Shown here: positions 26,779 through 35,665 of the stretch, piece by piece
Numbering within the stretch: position 1 is the stretch's first letter
How the letters are laid out: every line of letters begins with the position of its first letter
Assembly: GCA_020630795.1 (NCBI GenBank)
Contig: JAHDIK010000001.1
Coordinates: forward strand, 22,341-62,340
Source: Colwellia sp.
Lineage (GTDB): Bacteria; Pseudomonadota; Gammaproteobacteria; Enterobacterales; Alteromonadaceae
Direction of reading: 5' to 3'
DNA length: 40,000 nt
Notes under the pieces: generated by a model
What the model was told of the DNA's origin: nothing
The model's database searches: none
What the model saw: the letters and a program-made list of their open reading frames with translations, nothing else
Translations under genes and position numbers: made by a program

Positions 26779-28238
26779 TGTCAAAAATTATCAAAGATAC
26801 TTTTTCAGGCTTATTTAAGATTGGCTCGCTCGTCGCTAAAAATAAGTTGTTAGTAAAAGAAACAGGCGCAAGGTTTGCTACAGCTAAAGAGCTAGCTTCT
26901 ATTTTTTCCGGCCGAAATAAAGGCTTATTGATTGATGGGAAAAACAACCGTATTTCTCAAACAGATTCATATGAACATGTTGCGGTAATCGCTAAACCGG
27001 GTAGTGGTAAAACAACAGCGTTTATTATTCCTAACATTTTTGAACTATCAAATTCCGATTGTTCAATGATTGTGAACGATCCAAGTTCAGAAGTTTACCA
27101 ACTTACTAGCGGCCATTTGAAAGTCCAAGGTTATAGGGTTTTAAAATTAAGTCCTGATGATTTAGCGTCATCTTCTCGATTTAATCCCTTTGCGGGTTTA
27201 GATGCTCGTCATACCATAGAAATAGAGCAAGTATGCGCTGCAATCATTATGTCAAAGTACAGTACTGATAAAGAACAGCTTTGGAATGATGGTGCTATTT
27301 CTATTATGGAAATATTGGCTAAATGTTTAGCTTACAGCCAACCACATAAGCTAAACCTTGTTGAACTAAATTCGTTAGTGCAACGTTTTGGTAGTGATGG
27401 CTCCGGTTTAGATGATTGGGTAGCTGAAAATGCAGTTAATCCGTATTACCCAAATGATAAAAGCTTGGTTGAATCATGGATTGGCTTAACAACCAGTAAT
27501 GAAAAAATGCTAAGTAGCTATGTCACTATTTGTAAAACGGCATTAAAACAATTAAACAACCCCCAAGTTCGAGAATTACTAAGTTCAGATACGCTAGAGT
27601 TGGAAAGTATTCGCCAACAAAATACTATTATATATTTAAATTTTCCTGAATCTCAGCAAGCTTATTATCAGTTCATTATTGACGTATTTTACGCACGCCT
27701 TTTTACTGAGGTAATGAAAGCTAAACCCACAAAACACGAATTAGACATATTCGCGTTTTTAGATGAGTTTGGTAATTCTTATATTCACAATTTTAATACC
27801 ATCATCACCAATGTTCGAAAGTACCGAGTATCCTTATCTTTGGTGTTTCAAGGCATATCTCAACTAGAAGATAAATATGGTGAACAACGCGCCAAATCAA
27901 TAAAAGCAGGTATAGGTAGCTCATTGATATTTAAAGGCGGTGATTTAGACACCAACCAAGAGTTTGCACAAGTGATCGGTAAACGAGTGATCACGCAACG
28001 GGAAAATTTTACGAGTGTTGTTCAACAGTACAATGAACTAGATTTACTGTCTTCAGGGCAGCTTAGAACGCTAGCTGACAACCAAGCTGTTTATGTTTCA
28101 AAACATCACCATCCAACCATTGTTGAAACAGTTAACTTTTTTAATCATTCCCGTTATGCTGGTTTAGCTAAAAAACAACCCGCTCAATGTAATGAGCAAT
28201 CAATTAAACTCGATTTTGATAGTAAGTTAAGGATTTAG
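26778..28238 (+). CDS. type IV coupling protein (TraG/VirD4/TraD family), no N-terminal TM segment
   Basis: 486-aa ORF from GTG with SD gaagga. Walker A is AKPGSGKTT and Walker B is FAFLDEFGN. Confidence 0.85.
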   Translation: MSKIIKDTFSGLFKIGSLVAKNKLLVKETGARFATAKELASIFSGRNKGLLIDGKNNRISQTDSYEHVAVIAKPGSGKTTAFIIPNIFELSNSDCSMIVNDPSSEVYQLTSGHLKVQGYRVLKLSPDDLASSSRFNPFAGLDARHTIEIEQVCAAIIMSKYSTDKEQLWNDGAISIMEILAKCLAYSQPHKLNLVELNSLVQRFGSDGSGLDDWVAENAVNPYYPNDKSLVESWIGLTTSNEKMLSSYVTICKTALKQLNNPQVRELLSSDTLELESIRQQNTIIYLNFPESQQAYYQFIIDVFYARLFTEVMKAKPTKHELDIFAFLDEFGNSYIHNFNTIITNVRKYRVSLSLVFQGISQLEDKYGEQRAKSIKAGIGSSLIFKGGDLDTNQEFAQVIGKRVITQRENFTSVVQQYNELDLLSSGQLRTLADNQAVYVSKHHHPTIVETVNFFNHSRYAGLAKKQPAQCNEQSIKLDFDSKLRI

Positions 28239-28240
28239 GC

Positions 28241-28477
28241 ATGGGATTTGAATTTCAATTTATTGCATTTTATTTAATTTTTGGGTTTTCAGGATTATTC
28301 CTCGGCTGGTTTTTTAGAAATGGTATATCAATTATCGGGATAATCTTTCTAGCCTGTGTTTATCCAATTATTCAGGTTTTATCAACTATTAACGTATTTC
28401 AATTTACAATTTGCTTTTTAGCTGGTTTCTTAATCCACACATGGAAACCTATATATCATAAGTTTAAAAGCCTATGA
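28241..28477 (+). CDS. small membrane protein (78 aa)
   Basis: ORF with hydrophobic helices. IIGIIFLACVYPII resembles VAIGLLFLLFMYPVF in the next gene. Confidence 0.45.
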   Translation: MGFEFQFIAFYLIFGFSGLFLGWFFRNGISIIGIIFLACVYPIIQVLSTINVFQFTICFLAGFLIHTWKPIYHKFKSL

Positions 28478-29253
28478 GTGAGTTAATTTTTACAACCGCT
28501 TTGGTTATGTTTGCGGGGTATTTAGCAGGCAAACTATTTAAAGGTTTTAATCCTTTCTTGGTAGCCATTGGCTTACTGTTTTTACTCTTCATGTATCCAG
28601 TATTTATGGAGTCTGAAAACGAATATGTTACATACGCTATTTTTGGCTTTGGTGTGATATTGAATTTTAATCAGCCCGTATCAAGATTACGTGCTTGGTT
28701 CGCTGATTTAATGAACCTTATAAGTCTACGCCGATTTAGTGCAAGTTATGCTAATGATATTGGTGAACAAAAAGAACAAGTTGAAGCCGACTTATATCGT
28801 CAAAAACACGAAGTCGAAGAAGAAATCAGACGACAAAAGCGACAAGCTGAACAAGACATTGAACGCCAACGCAGAGAGGCTGAAGAGGCTATTCGTCGAG
28901 AAGCTGAAAATCTGAAACGTGAGCAAGAAAGAGCGCGTTCAAATAATAGTAAAAGCCAGAATAGCCAAGACAATTCTAGACAAGAAAGCAATCAAAATAG
29001 ACAAAGCCAAAATCAATCAAAAAATACTGATTCCGGCCACTTAAATCCTCAATATTTCCCCGATGCTTGTGAAGTATTAGGTAAAGGAGAAGGCTGCATT
29101 TTAAAAGAATATAAAGTTGCTTATATGCAACTTATTAAGTTGTATCACCCTGACAAAATTTCATGCTTATCTGGATCTCGTAAAGCCCAAGCAGAAAATG
29201 AAGCAAAGTTAATAAATGCTGCTTGGGATACGATTAAGAAAAAGCTTAAGTAA
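28474..29253 (+). CDS. membrane-anchored coiled-coil protein with a C-terminal J-domain
   Basis: 259-aa ORF with N-terminal TM helices, a charged coiled coil (EEEIRRQKRQAEQDIERQRREAEEAIRREAENLKREQERAR) and a Q/N/S-rich linker. The C-terminus YKVAYMQLIKLYHPDKIS...EAKLINAAWDTIKKKL carries the HPD motif of J-domains. Confidence 0.7.
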   Translation: MSELIFTTALVMFAGYLAGKLFKGFNPFLVAIGLLFLLFMYPVFMESENEYVTYAIFGFGVILNFNQPVSRLRAWFADLMNLISLRRFSASYANDIGEQKEQVEADLYRQKHEVEEEIRRQKRQAEQDIERQRREAEEAIRREAENLKREQERARSNNSKSQNSQDNSRQESNQNRQSQNQSKNTDSGHLNPQYFPDACEVLGKGEGCILKEYKVAYMQLIKLYHPDKISCLSGSRKAQAENEAKLINAAWDTIKKKLK

Positions 29254-29290
29254 ATCAAATTAAAATAATAATAAATACAAGGCAGTAAAT

Positions 29291-29806
29291 ATGTTCCATC
29301 TCTTCAAAAAGTCTCTAATAACTTTTGCTGCCATATTTCTAATGACTGGTTGTAGTGCAATGTATAAAGATCAACAAAGAGTTGATCGTATTCATCACCA
29401 ACGCGTCAGTTACACCCAGTCAATGATGAAAATTAAGTATAAATACGATAGAAACTCATACCCTGGTAGTAGTTACAAACTTTATTTGGATAATCAATAC
29501 CTTTTAACTTCAGACAAGGACAACATACTTCATTTAACAGATAAAAAATTACGTTGGAAGTTATATGAAAGTTATAAAACTAAAGGAAGGCTTTGTTTTG
29601 AAATCCGTAAAAGCAAACCGAAATATGATTTGTCACTATTTTCAGAATACAGTTGCCTTATTAATACAGAGTTAGAGAAAAAGTTTGCTGCTGACATAGA
29701 AATTGAAGAAATAGAGCAAAAAATTAAACGTTTAAAGCGACAACTGAAAAATGAAAGTGTTACTAATAACTCAAACTTTAATGCTAAAACTCAGGCTGTT
29801 CCTTGA
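29291..29806 (+). CDS. putative lipoprotein (171 aa)
   Basis: The signal peptide ends in a lipobox-like LMTGC. No family was recognised. Confidence 0.5.
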   Translation: MFHLFKKSLITFAAIFLMTGCSAMYKDQQRVDRIHHQRVSYTQSMMKIKYKYDRNSYPGSSYKLYLDNQYLLTSDKDNILHLTDKKLRWKLYESYKTKGRLCFEIRKSKPKYDLSLFSEYSCLINTELEKKFAADIEIEEIEQKIKRLKRQLKNESVTNNSNFNAKTQAVP

Positions 29807-29853
29807 ATGATGGGCGTGCTTAGGCTTTAATCTATCATTTAGAATACGCGATC

Positions 29854-30951
29854 TCATCGGCCGATGTTGGTATTGGATAATGCTTTAAACCGCACGATCT
29901 TAAATTCGCCCAAAGTACTGTCCTTTCCTTTATTCAATACTGGAGAGCGGTGTAGTTCATTCACGGTAGCATAGATGTAATTATCCAAGCCAACAGCAAG
30001 GCCATCTGGCCATGACAAGTCATTGCGCTTAATAATAGGATTATAATCCCCATTTGGATGAGTTACTCCGATTGCGTCATTTGTTATGGAAGTAACATAC
30101 ACATTACCTGAGTTATCGATTGTTATGCCATCAGAAATGGGCTTGTCACCATAACGTTGTACTTTCTTATCTAACGCTTGCTCTGTTAGCGTTGTATCTA
30201 AAAGATCTTTTGTCGCAATTCGGTAAATGCTTGTGCCAGACATTGCACCATAGTAAACATAGTTAAAGTTATTATCGATGGTAATAGGGTTTATGCCCAA
30301 ACGAATAGGCTGATCGTTTAGGTAGATAGGTTGATCGTCAATGACCATGTCTATGTCTTCTGCTTTTGTTGACGTTGATTCTTTTAATACTCTACGAGCA
30401 ACACCTGTCTCTAGGTCAACTACAACGATTGAGCCAGTACCAGTATCGGCGATGTAGATAGCGTTATTTCTGCTGTCAACGGCTAAATCATTTAGGAAAC
30501 TTGAACCAGTAATCACAGGCTTAGCTAAATAAATGATCTTATGCAGTTGTTCTTTTTTTGTATTCCATCCTATTAATCGCCCTGCATGTTCAGGACCTGC
30601 TGCATCTAGCAACCATAAGGTACCATTTTTATCTACATTTAACCCTAGTACACCGTAGAGGCCACCAGCCTCAAGCTCTTGAGCTGCATACGCCCAGTTT
30701 GCATTTGGGTAAGGTTTGGTTGTGCCGTTTGGTAACAACTCGACGATACGTAGAGATTTTCCGTAAAATTCATGGACACTTAGAAAAATTCGGCCATCGG
30801 GTCCTACCGCAATGTTGCCCGGAGGTGTGTCGGCACTAAGATTGGCAACTATTTCAAATTGCCCAAGTTTGTCGGCCGCTGCAACGTTTAGGCTAAATGT
30901 GCAGATAGCAACCATCGCAGCTGACGTTAATACTTTAAATGAAAAATTCAT
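29854..30951 (-). CDS. secreted beta-propeller protein (MRJP/yellow-like or SMP-30/gluconolactonase-like)
   Basis: 365-aa ORF with a signal peptide. Repeated blade-like motifs are present (LWLLDAAG, NAIYIADTGTGSIVVVDLETG, NVYVTSITNDAIGV). Confidence 0.55.
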   Translation of the reverse strand: MNFSFKVLTSAAMVAICTFSLNVAAADKLGQFEIVANLSADTPPGNIAVGPDGRIFLSVHEFYGKSLRIVELLPNGTTKPYPNANWAYAAQELEAGGLYGVLGLNVDKNGTLWLLDAAGPEHAGRLIGWNTKKEQLHKIIYLAKPVITGSSFLNDLAVDSRNNAIYIADTGTGSIVVVDLETGVARRVLKESTSTKAEDIDMVIDDQPIYLNDQPIRLGINPITIDNNFNYVYYGAMSGTSIYRIATKDLLDTTLTEQALDKKVQRYGDKPISDGITIDNSGNVYVTSITNDAIGVTHPNGDYNPIIKRNDLSWPDGLAVGLDNYIYATVNELHRSPVLNKGKDSTLGEFKIVRFKALSNTNIGR

Positions 30952-30965
30952 GTTAGTGTTTTCTC

Positions 30966-31631
30966 TTAAATAGTTATTGTCGCGTTATTAGATTTTTTCA
31001 ATAATTCAACAACTTCGCTTGGCTCTGCGCGTAGAGTGTAATCCGCAGTAACGTCAGCAAATACGATTTTTCCTGATTGGTCTATGACATAAGTTGCTGC
31101 AAGTGGTAGTTCGAAAACGCCTTTACCGTTGTGAGCTTCAATTTCAATACCAAAACTACTATAAATTGGCATTAGTGAATCTGGTAATGTAAATACTAAG
31201 CCTAAGGTTTTAGCAAACTCAGCGTTAAGATCTGACAATACAGAGAACGTTAGCTCGTTTTTTTCAGCGGTTGAAATTGATGCATCAGGCAATTCAGGAG
31301 TAATAGCCAGTAAACTAGCACCTTGTGTTTTAATGTCTTCAATAACGTTTTGGTAGGCACGCAATTCTAAGTTGCAGTATGGACACCAGCCACCGCGGTA
31401 GAAAGTAAGTACAACAGGACCTTGCTTAAGTTTGTCTAACAAGGTTACTTCATTGCCAAGTTGGTCTGTAAGCGAAAATGTTGGAAATACTTCACCTACT
31501 TTTGGAGCGTACCTCTCTAACTCTTTCGCTTTTAAAGTGTCGGTTTCAGCTAACATCACAGAGAGCTTTTCAGCAGGAATATTTTTAGCAGACGCTTTGC
31601 GTACTTCCGTTAATTGATCTTTAAGGTTCAT
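30966..31631 (-). CDS. peroxiredoxin-like (AhpC/TSA-redoxin) family protein
   Basis: 221-aa ORF with VVLTFYRGGWCPYCNLELRAYQ (thioredoxin fold, CxxC). Confidence 0.7.
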   Translation of the reverse strand: MNLKDQLTEVRKASAKNIPAEKLSVMLAETDTLKAKELERYAPKVGEVFPTFSLTDQLGNEVTLLDKLKQGPVVLTFYRGGWCPYCNLELRAYQNVIEDIKTQGASLLAITPELPDASISTAEKNELTFSVLSDLNAEFAKTLGLVFTLPDSLMPIYSSFGIEIEAHNGKGVFELPLAATYVIDQSGKIVFADVTADYTLRAEPSEVVELLKKSNNATITI

Positions 31632-31647
31632 ATAAGTTTCCTTGAAA

Positions 31648-31737
31648 TTAATAACATCTTGAATGATTGTTCAAAATGTTATTAACATCATTAATGTTTG
31701 TCAATATAAATTTGAATAATCATTCAAAATACTATTA
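31648..31737. promoter_or_regulatory. duplicated palindromic operator in a divergent promoter region (probable TetR binding sites)
   Basis: ttgaatgattgttcaaaatgttatta (31659-31684) and ttgaataatcattcaaaatactatta (31712-31737) are direct copies 53 bp apart. Each contains a ttgaa/ttcaa-type palindrome. The first copy is nested in the larger palindrome ttaataacat...atgttattaa (31648-31685). Confidence 0.5.
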
Positions 31738-31762
31738 AATAAACCCAGTACTCAATAAAGCA

Positions 31763-32341
31763 ATGAGCGTTATGGCAATTAAAAAATTTGATGTTGATGT
31801 TGTGCTTGAACAAGCGATTAATACATTTTGGCAATATGGCTATCATGGAACTTCGATGCAGCAACTGCTAAAAGCTACGGGGTTGCGCCCAGGAAGCTTT
31901 TATCGCGAGTTTGACAGTAAGGAAGGATTGTACTTACTTGCGCTAAGTCGCTACGCTGCGAACACCATTACGAGTGTTAACAACCGTATACAAAACAGCT
32001 CCAGTGTACTTGAAGGTATTAAAGTGATACTGATAGAACTGTTTGAAGAGGCTAAAACTAAAAATTATTGTGGTTGTTTTTTGGTTAAAACCCAATTGGA
32101 ACTATCTGCTCATAATGAGCCTATACTAAGTAATGTTTCCGATGCGTTTGCTAAGATCGAAGCAAACTACGGGGTTCATCTCCGAACAGTATTTTCACCT
32201 GAGGTCAGCCTGCATTATGCGAAACAGCTTATGTTCGTAATTTTTGGTATCCGTATATACAGTTACCAAAGGGCGCTACCTAAAGACGTTAATAAATTTA
32301 TTTTATCTATCTTGCCTTGGTTGGAAGAAGGTTCTAATTAG
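31763..32341 (+). CDS. TetR/AcrR family transcriptional regulator
   Basis: 192-aa ORF with the N-terminal HTH FWQYGYHGTSMQQLLKATGLRPGSFYREFDSKEGLY. Confidence 0.8.
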   Translation: MSVMAIKKFDVDVVLEQAINTFWQYGYHGTSMQQLLKATGLRPGSFYREFDSKEGLYLLALSRYAANTITSVNNRIQNSSSVLEGIKVILIELFEEAKTKNYCGCFLVKTQLELSAHNEPILSNVSDAFAKIEANYGVHLRTVFSPEVSLHYAKQLMFVIFGIRIYSYQRALPKDVNKFILSILPWLEEGSN

Positions 32342-33188
32342 AATCCTAGACTCTGTAATTAACTTTATAACAGGAGGTAGACAAAAGCACTGCCTAGTTC
32401 CATAATAATTTTTCATTTAAATACCTACTTGCGCTCAGTTTTATATCTTCTTTTTGAAGTATAAGTAGGTTTGTACCTGCTTCATGTTAAATATGTTAGC
32501 TGGTCAAGTAGCTTATAGTCTAAAAAAACACGTTACCCTTAATATAAATAACGTTGAAAGAAGCGCGATGGCTACCGATTAAACCGAGCTGGGGTTAATT
32601 ACTTAATGGTTGGAGGTATAAAGCGGGAACAGTAATATTCCCCATTTAACAACTTTAAATATGCTAACAACATTTTCCTGTTTAAATTATGTCTATTGCG
32701 GACGTTAGTTAAATTGTGCCGTTAAAAACATATTTGGCTGAAAACTGGAGCCGAGAGCCTTTAAATTCAATGTTTTTAGGTTTTGGAATGATAGAAATAT
32801 TTTGCGCAATTGCTAATGCCTGTAAAAGTCATGTTAATAATTATATTAGTATCCTTTATGTTATCGGTGGTTACTGGTAACCACTAGAGGTCGCCGGGAT
32901 TTTTTGTTATTTATCAGTAAGTAATTATAATCATTAGTTGTCCATGCTAGTGCAGTGCATCAGTGATTACTATTGCTCATTAAGCTATAAAGTGTTTAAA
33001 CTATTGGGTACTTATTGAGGAGGAAATGGACGTTTAATATAAAATATATTGTCCCAAGGGAGCGAATGCTGACATTGACAACGTCAAGTTGTAAGGTGTG
33101 CAATGAGAGCTGTTAGATCAATTAATAGATGTAGCACCTTGATGCTAACTATTATTAACAAAAACTAAAGAATAAAAAGTCATGGTTA

Positions 33189-34094
33189 TTATTTTAGGTG
33201 TTTTTTTATTGAATTAGAAATATAATCTATAAAGCACTTTATTTTTAAAGAACTTTGGTAGGGTTTATAAAAAACTGCATTAATAGGTTGGTAGCTTTCA
33301 ATCGTAGCATCACTCAGTATTTGTATTAAATTTCCTTTTGACAGATCTTTGTCCGTCATAAAACCAGCTAAACATGCAATTCCCATATCACTTATTGCCG
33401 CTTGTCTTATTAATGAGCCACTACTAAATAAAAGGTTCGGTTTAAACTCAGATACTTTCTCTTCTTCATATTTTAAGGGCCAGTTATTCAGACTGATTGG
33501 TTGTGAAAAACCTATACATCTATGCTGATTTAGCTCACTCGGCGTATTGGGAGTGCCGTATTTTTTTATATAAGCGGGACTAGCGAGTATTCGCAGTTTT
33601 GAATGCCCAATTGGGCGGTAATGTAATGAGGAATCCTTTAATTTACCTATTCTAAAAGCAATATCAACTTGCTCTTCAATCAAATCAATTTGTCTGTCGA
33701 AACTTGCTAATTCTATTCCAACATCGGGGTACTTAGTCACAAAACCATCGAGATAAGGGATTATACAATGTTCTAAAAAAGGCGTTGGTGCATCTACTTT
33801 TAGCTTGCCCTGAGGTGTTACATGATTCAATACTGCATTATCTTGAATATCATTTATAACATTTAGTGCTTGCTGTGCTTTTTCCGTGATAATTATACCT
33901 TCATCAGTAAGGCTGATACGTCTTGTTGTACGTGTAAAAAGCTTAAGGTTTAATTGCTTTTCTAATTGGCTAATTTTACGGCTGATAGCTGAAGGTGTTT
34001 GCCCTAATAGCTCAGCGGCTTTACTAAAACTACCGCTGGCATTAATCGAAACTAAGACTCTTAATTGTTCTATAGTAATATTCATTTGTTCCAA
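33189..34094 (-). CDS. LysR family transcriptional regulator
   Basis: 301-aa ORF with the N-terminal HTH LRVLVSINASGSFSKAAELLGQTPSAISRKISQLEKQLNLKLFTRTTRRISLTDEG. It is divergent from the SDR gene. Confidence 0.88.
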   Translation of the reverse strand: MEQMNITIEQLRVLVSINASGSFSKAAELLGQTPSAISRKISQLEKQLNLKLFTRTTRRISLTDEGIIITEKAQQALNVINDIQDNAVLNHVTPQGKLKVDAPTPFLEHCIIPYLDGFVTKYPDVGIELASFDRQIDLIEEQVDIAFRIGKLKDSSLHYRPIGHSKLRILASPAYIKKYGTPNTPSELNQHRCIGFSQPISLNNWPLKYEEEKVSEFKPNLLFSSGSLIRQAAISDMGIACLAGFMTDKDLSKGNLIQILSDATIESYQPINAVFYKPYQSSLKIKCFIDYISNSIKKHLK

Positions 34095-34169
34095 ATTGAC
34101 ACAAGTAATGTTCTATTGCTTATATTTTAGTTCATAATTTTGAAAGTTAATATAACCCGATATTAATTA

Positions 34170-34970
34170 TTGGAGTTAAAAATGAATTTACAACTGACAA
34201 ACAAACTAGCATTAGTTACTGCATCAACAGGTGGGATAGGCTTGGAAATAGTAAAATCACTCGCTTTGGAAGGAGCTACTGTTATTGTAAATGGTCGTTC
34301 ATCTATGAGTGTGAACAATGCAATATCAAAAATTTTAGAAGAAGTTCCACATGCTAGACTAAAAAGCCTTGTTTCTGATAACGCCACGTTAGAAGGTAAC
34401 GAGATAACAATAAAAGAATATCCTCGCATTGATATTCTAATAAATAATTTAGGCGTCTATGAATCTGTTGAATTTTTGAAGAGTACAGATGAGCAGTGGC
34501 AGCGGATTATGGATGTAAACATAATGAGTGGTGTTCGTTTGTCTCGTTTTTACTTGAATGACATGTTGAAGGTAAATACAGGTCGGATAATTTTTATGTC
34601 GAGTGAATCAGCAGTTAACCCCGCTCCGGAGATGGCGCATTATAGCGCAACAAAAACAATGCAAATGTCATTGTCTCGCAGTTTGTCAGAATTAACAAAA
34701 GGAACAAATGTTACTGTTAATTCAATATTACCTGGCTCAACAAAAACAGATGGTGTTAAGGAGTTTGTTCAAAATATATTTCCTGATCTTGAATATGAAG
34801 CTGCTGAGAAAAAGTTTATGAATGAGAATCGCTCTACCTCGTTAATTGGCCGATTAATTGAACCAAAAGAAATTGCTGATTTCACTGCATTTCTTAGCAG
34901 CCCACTTTCTTCTGCGATTAACGGCTCTTCACTCAGAGTTGATGGAGGAATTGTTCGCTCTGTTTTTTAA
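34170..34970 (+). CDS. SDR family oxidoreductase
   Basis: 266-aa ORF with the cofactor motif TASTGGIGLE and the catalytic YSATK. Confidence 0.88.
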   Translation: MELKMNLQLTNKLALVTASTGGIGLEIVKSLALEGATVIVNGRSSMSVNNAISKILEEVPHARLKSLVSDNATLEGNEITIKEYPRIDILINNLGVYESVEFLKSTDEQWQRIMDVNIMSGVRLSRFYLNDMLKVNTGRIIFMSSESAVNPAPEMAHYSATKTMQMSLSRSLSELTKGTNVTVNSILPGSTKTDGVKEFVQNIFPDLEYEAAEKKFMNENRSTSLIGRLIEPKEIADFTAFLSSPLSSAINGSSLRVDGGIVRSVF

Positions 34971-35463
34971 AAATTATGGAACTAATGTTAAGGGGAACGA
35001 TAGCTTTAATGTTGGCTGGATATCAGTCAGCTAACATTAAATTTATCAGTATTCTACTCCAGCATTTCAAACCATGAAGTTATGCTATACTACAGACGGC
35101 TTTAGTGGCATTTTTGTCAGTTAGGATTAACAGGTTAAAGTTATCTCAACATACTCGCTTTTATACTTTGTGAGCGTCCGTTAACGTATTAGAGAAGAGC
35201 ATTTTGATGCTGATTTAGGCGATTAATAAAGGATTTCTTTGTGGTGATATTGACAGTTAACCTTATTTCTAAAAAGAGCGGAGCGCCATAGGAAAGCACA
35301 TTTATTGTCAGCTTATTTAAAAGCGTGTGAAATAACAATGTTGCATTATTATTCAATAGGTTAGTTTGAGCGTGGAGTTTTCAGGGGACGAAGTGGGGGG
35401 ATCATCACTATCTCTCATATACTAATTTAATAAAAACAAATAGATCCCTAGTCAATGAGTGAT

Positions 35464-35545
35464 TGATATAATAGATTATAAATCTATAACTGAAGTTATA
35501 ACCTTTTCAACGAAGGCCCGAATAGCAGTATTCGGGCTTTTTTAT
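35464..35545 (+). ncRNA. candidate small RNA (orphan extended -10 promoter plus intrinsic terminator)
   Basis: tgatataat (35464-35472) is an extended -10 element. The terminator stem gcccgaata (35516-35524) pairs with tattcgggc (35529-35537), followed by tttttt. No ORF lies between them, and the nearest upstream plus-strand gene ends about 550 nt away. Confidence 0.3.
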
Positions 35546-35665
35546 TAGCTGTTTATTAATATCTAATAATACTTTTGTTATGTCTTAGTTGTGAACAAAA
35601 CGAAAGCTACCTACTAGCCAAAATTAATGGCAGCTTTATAGTGAAAGCGGTTTTAATCCTTATTC

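Larger units (their letters stand above)
12191..29853. mobile_element. integrative mobilizable plasmid-like island (integrase, excisionase, Rep/iterons, oriT-relaxase-T4CP, cargo); right boundary uncertain
   Basis: Gene content runs from the integrase at 12333 to the lipoprotein gene ending at 29806. The left edge abuts the groEL terminator. No mating-pair-formation genes are present. I could not find convincing flanking direct repeats by eye. Confidence 0.55.

Noticed and set aside
26582-26947. Track ORFs 26582-26818(+) and 26744-26947(-)
   Set aside because: They are alternative-frame or antisense overlaps of ORF 26563-26778 and the coupling-protein gene, and lack support.
12257-29845. Weak similarity gtgctt...atct...ttta between 12257-12285 and 29816-29845 as attL/attR
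   Set aside because: Only scattered matches with indels are present. It is kept as a low-priority hint under the boundary finding, not called as a feature.
32342-33188. A hidden TGA-interrupted or decayed gene in the 850-bp intergenic region
   Set aside because: TAA and TAG occur frequently in all six frames, and no protein-like stretch was found. Only small hairpins were seen, for example gtggttac/gtaaccac at 32867-32884.
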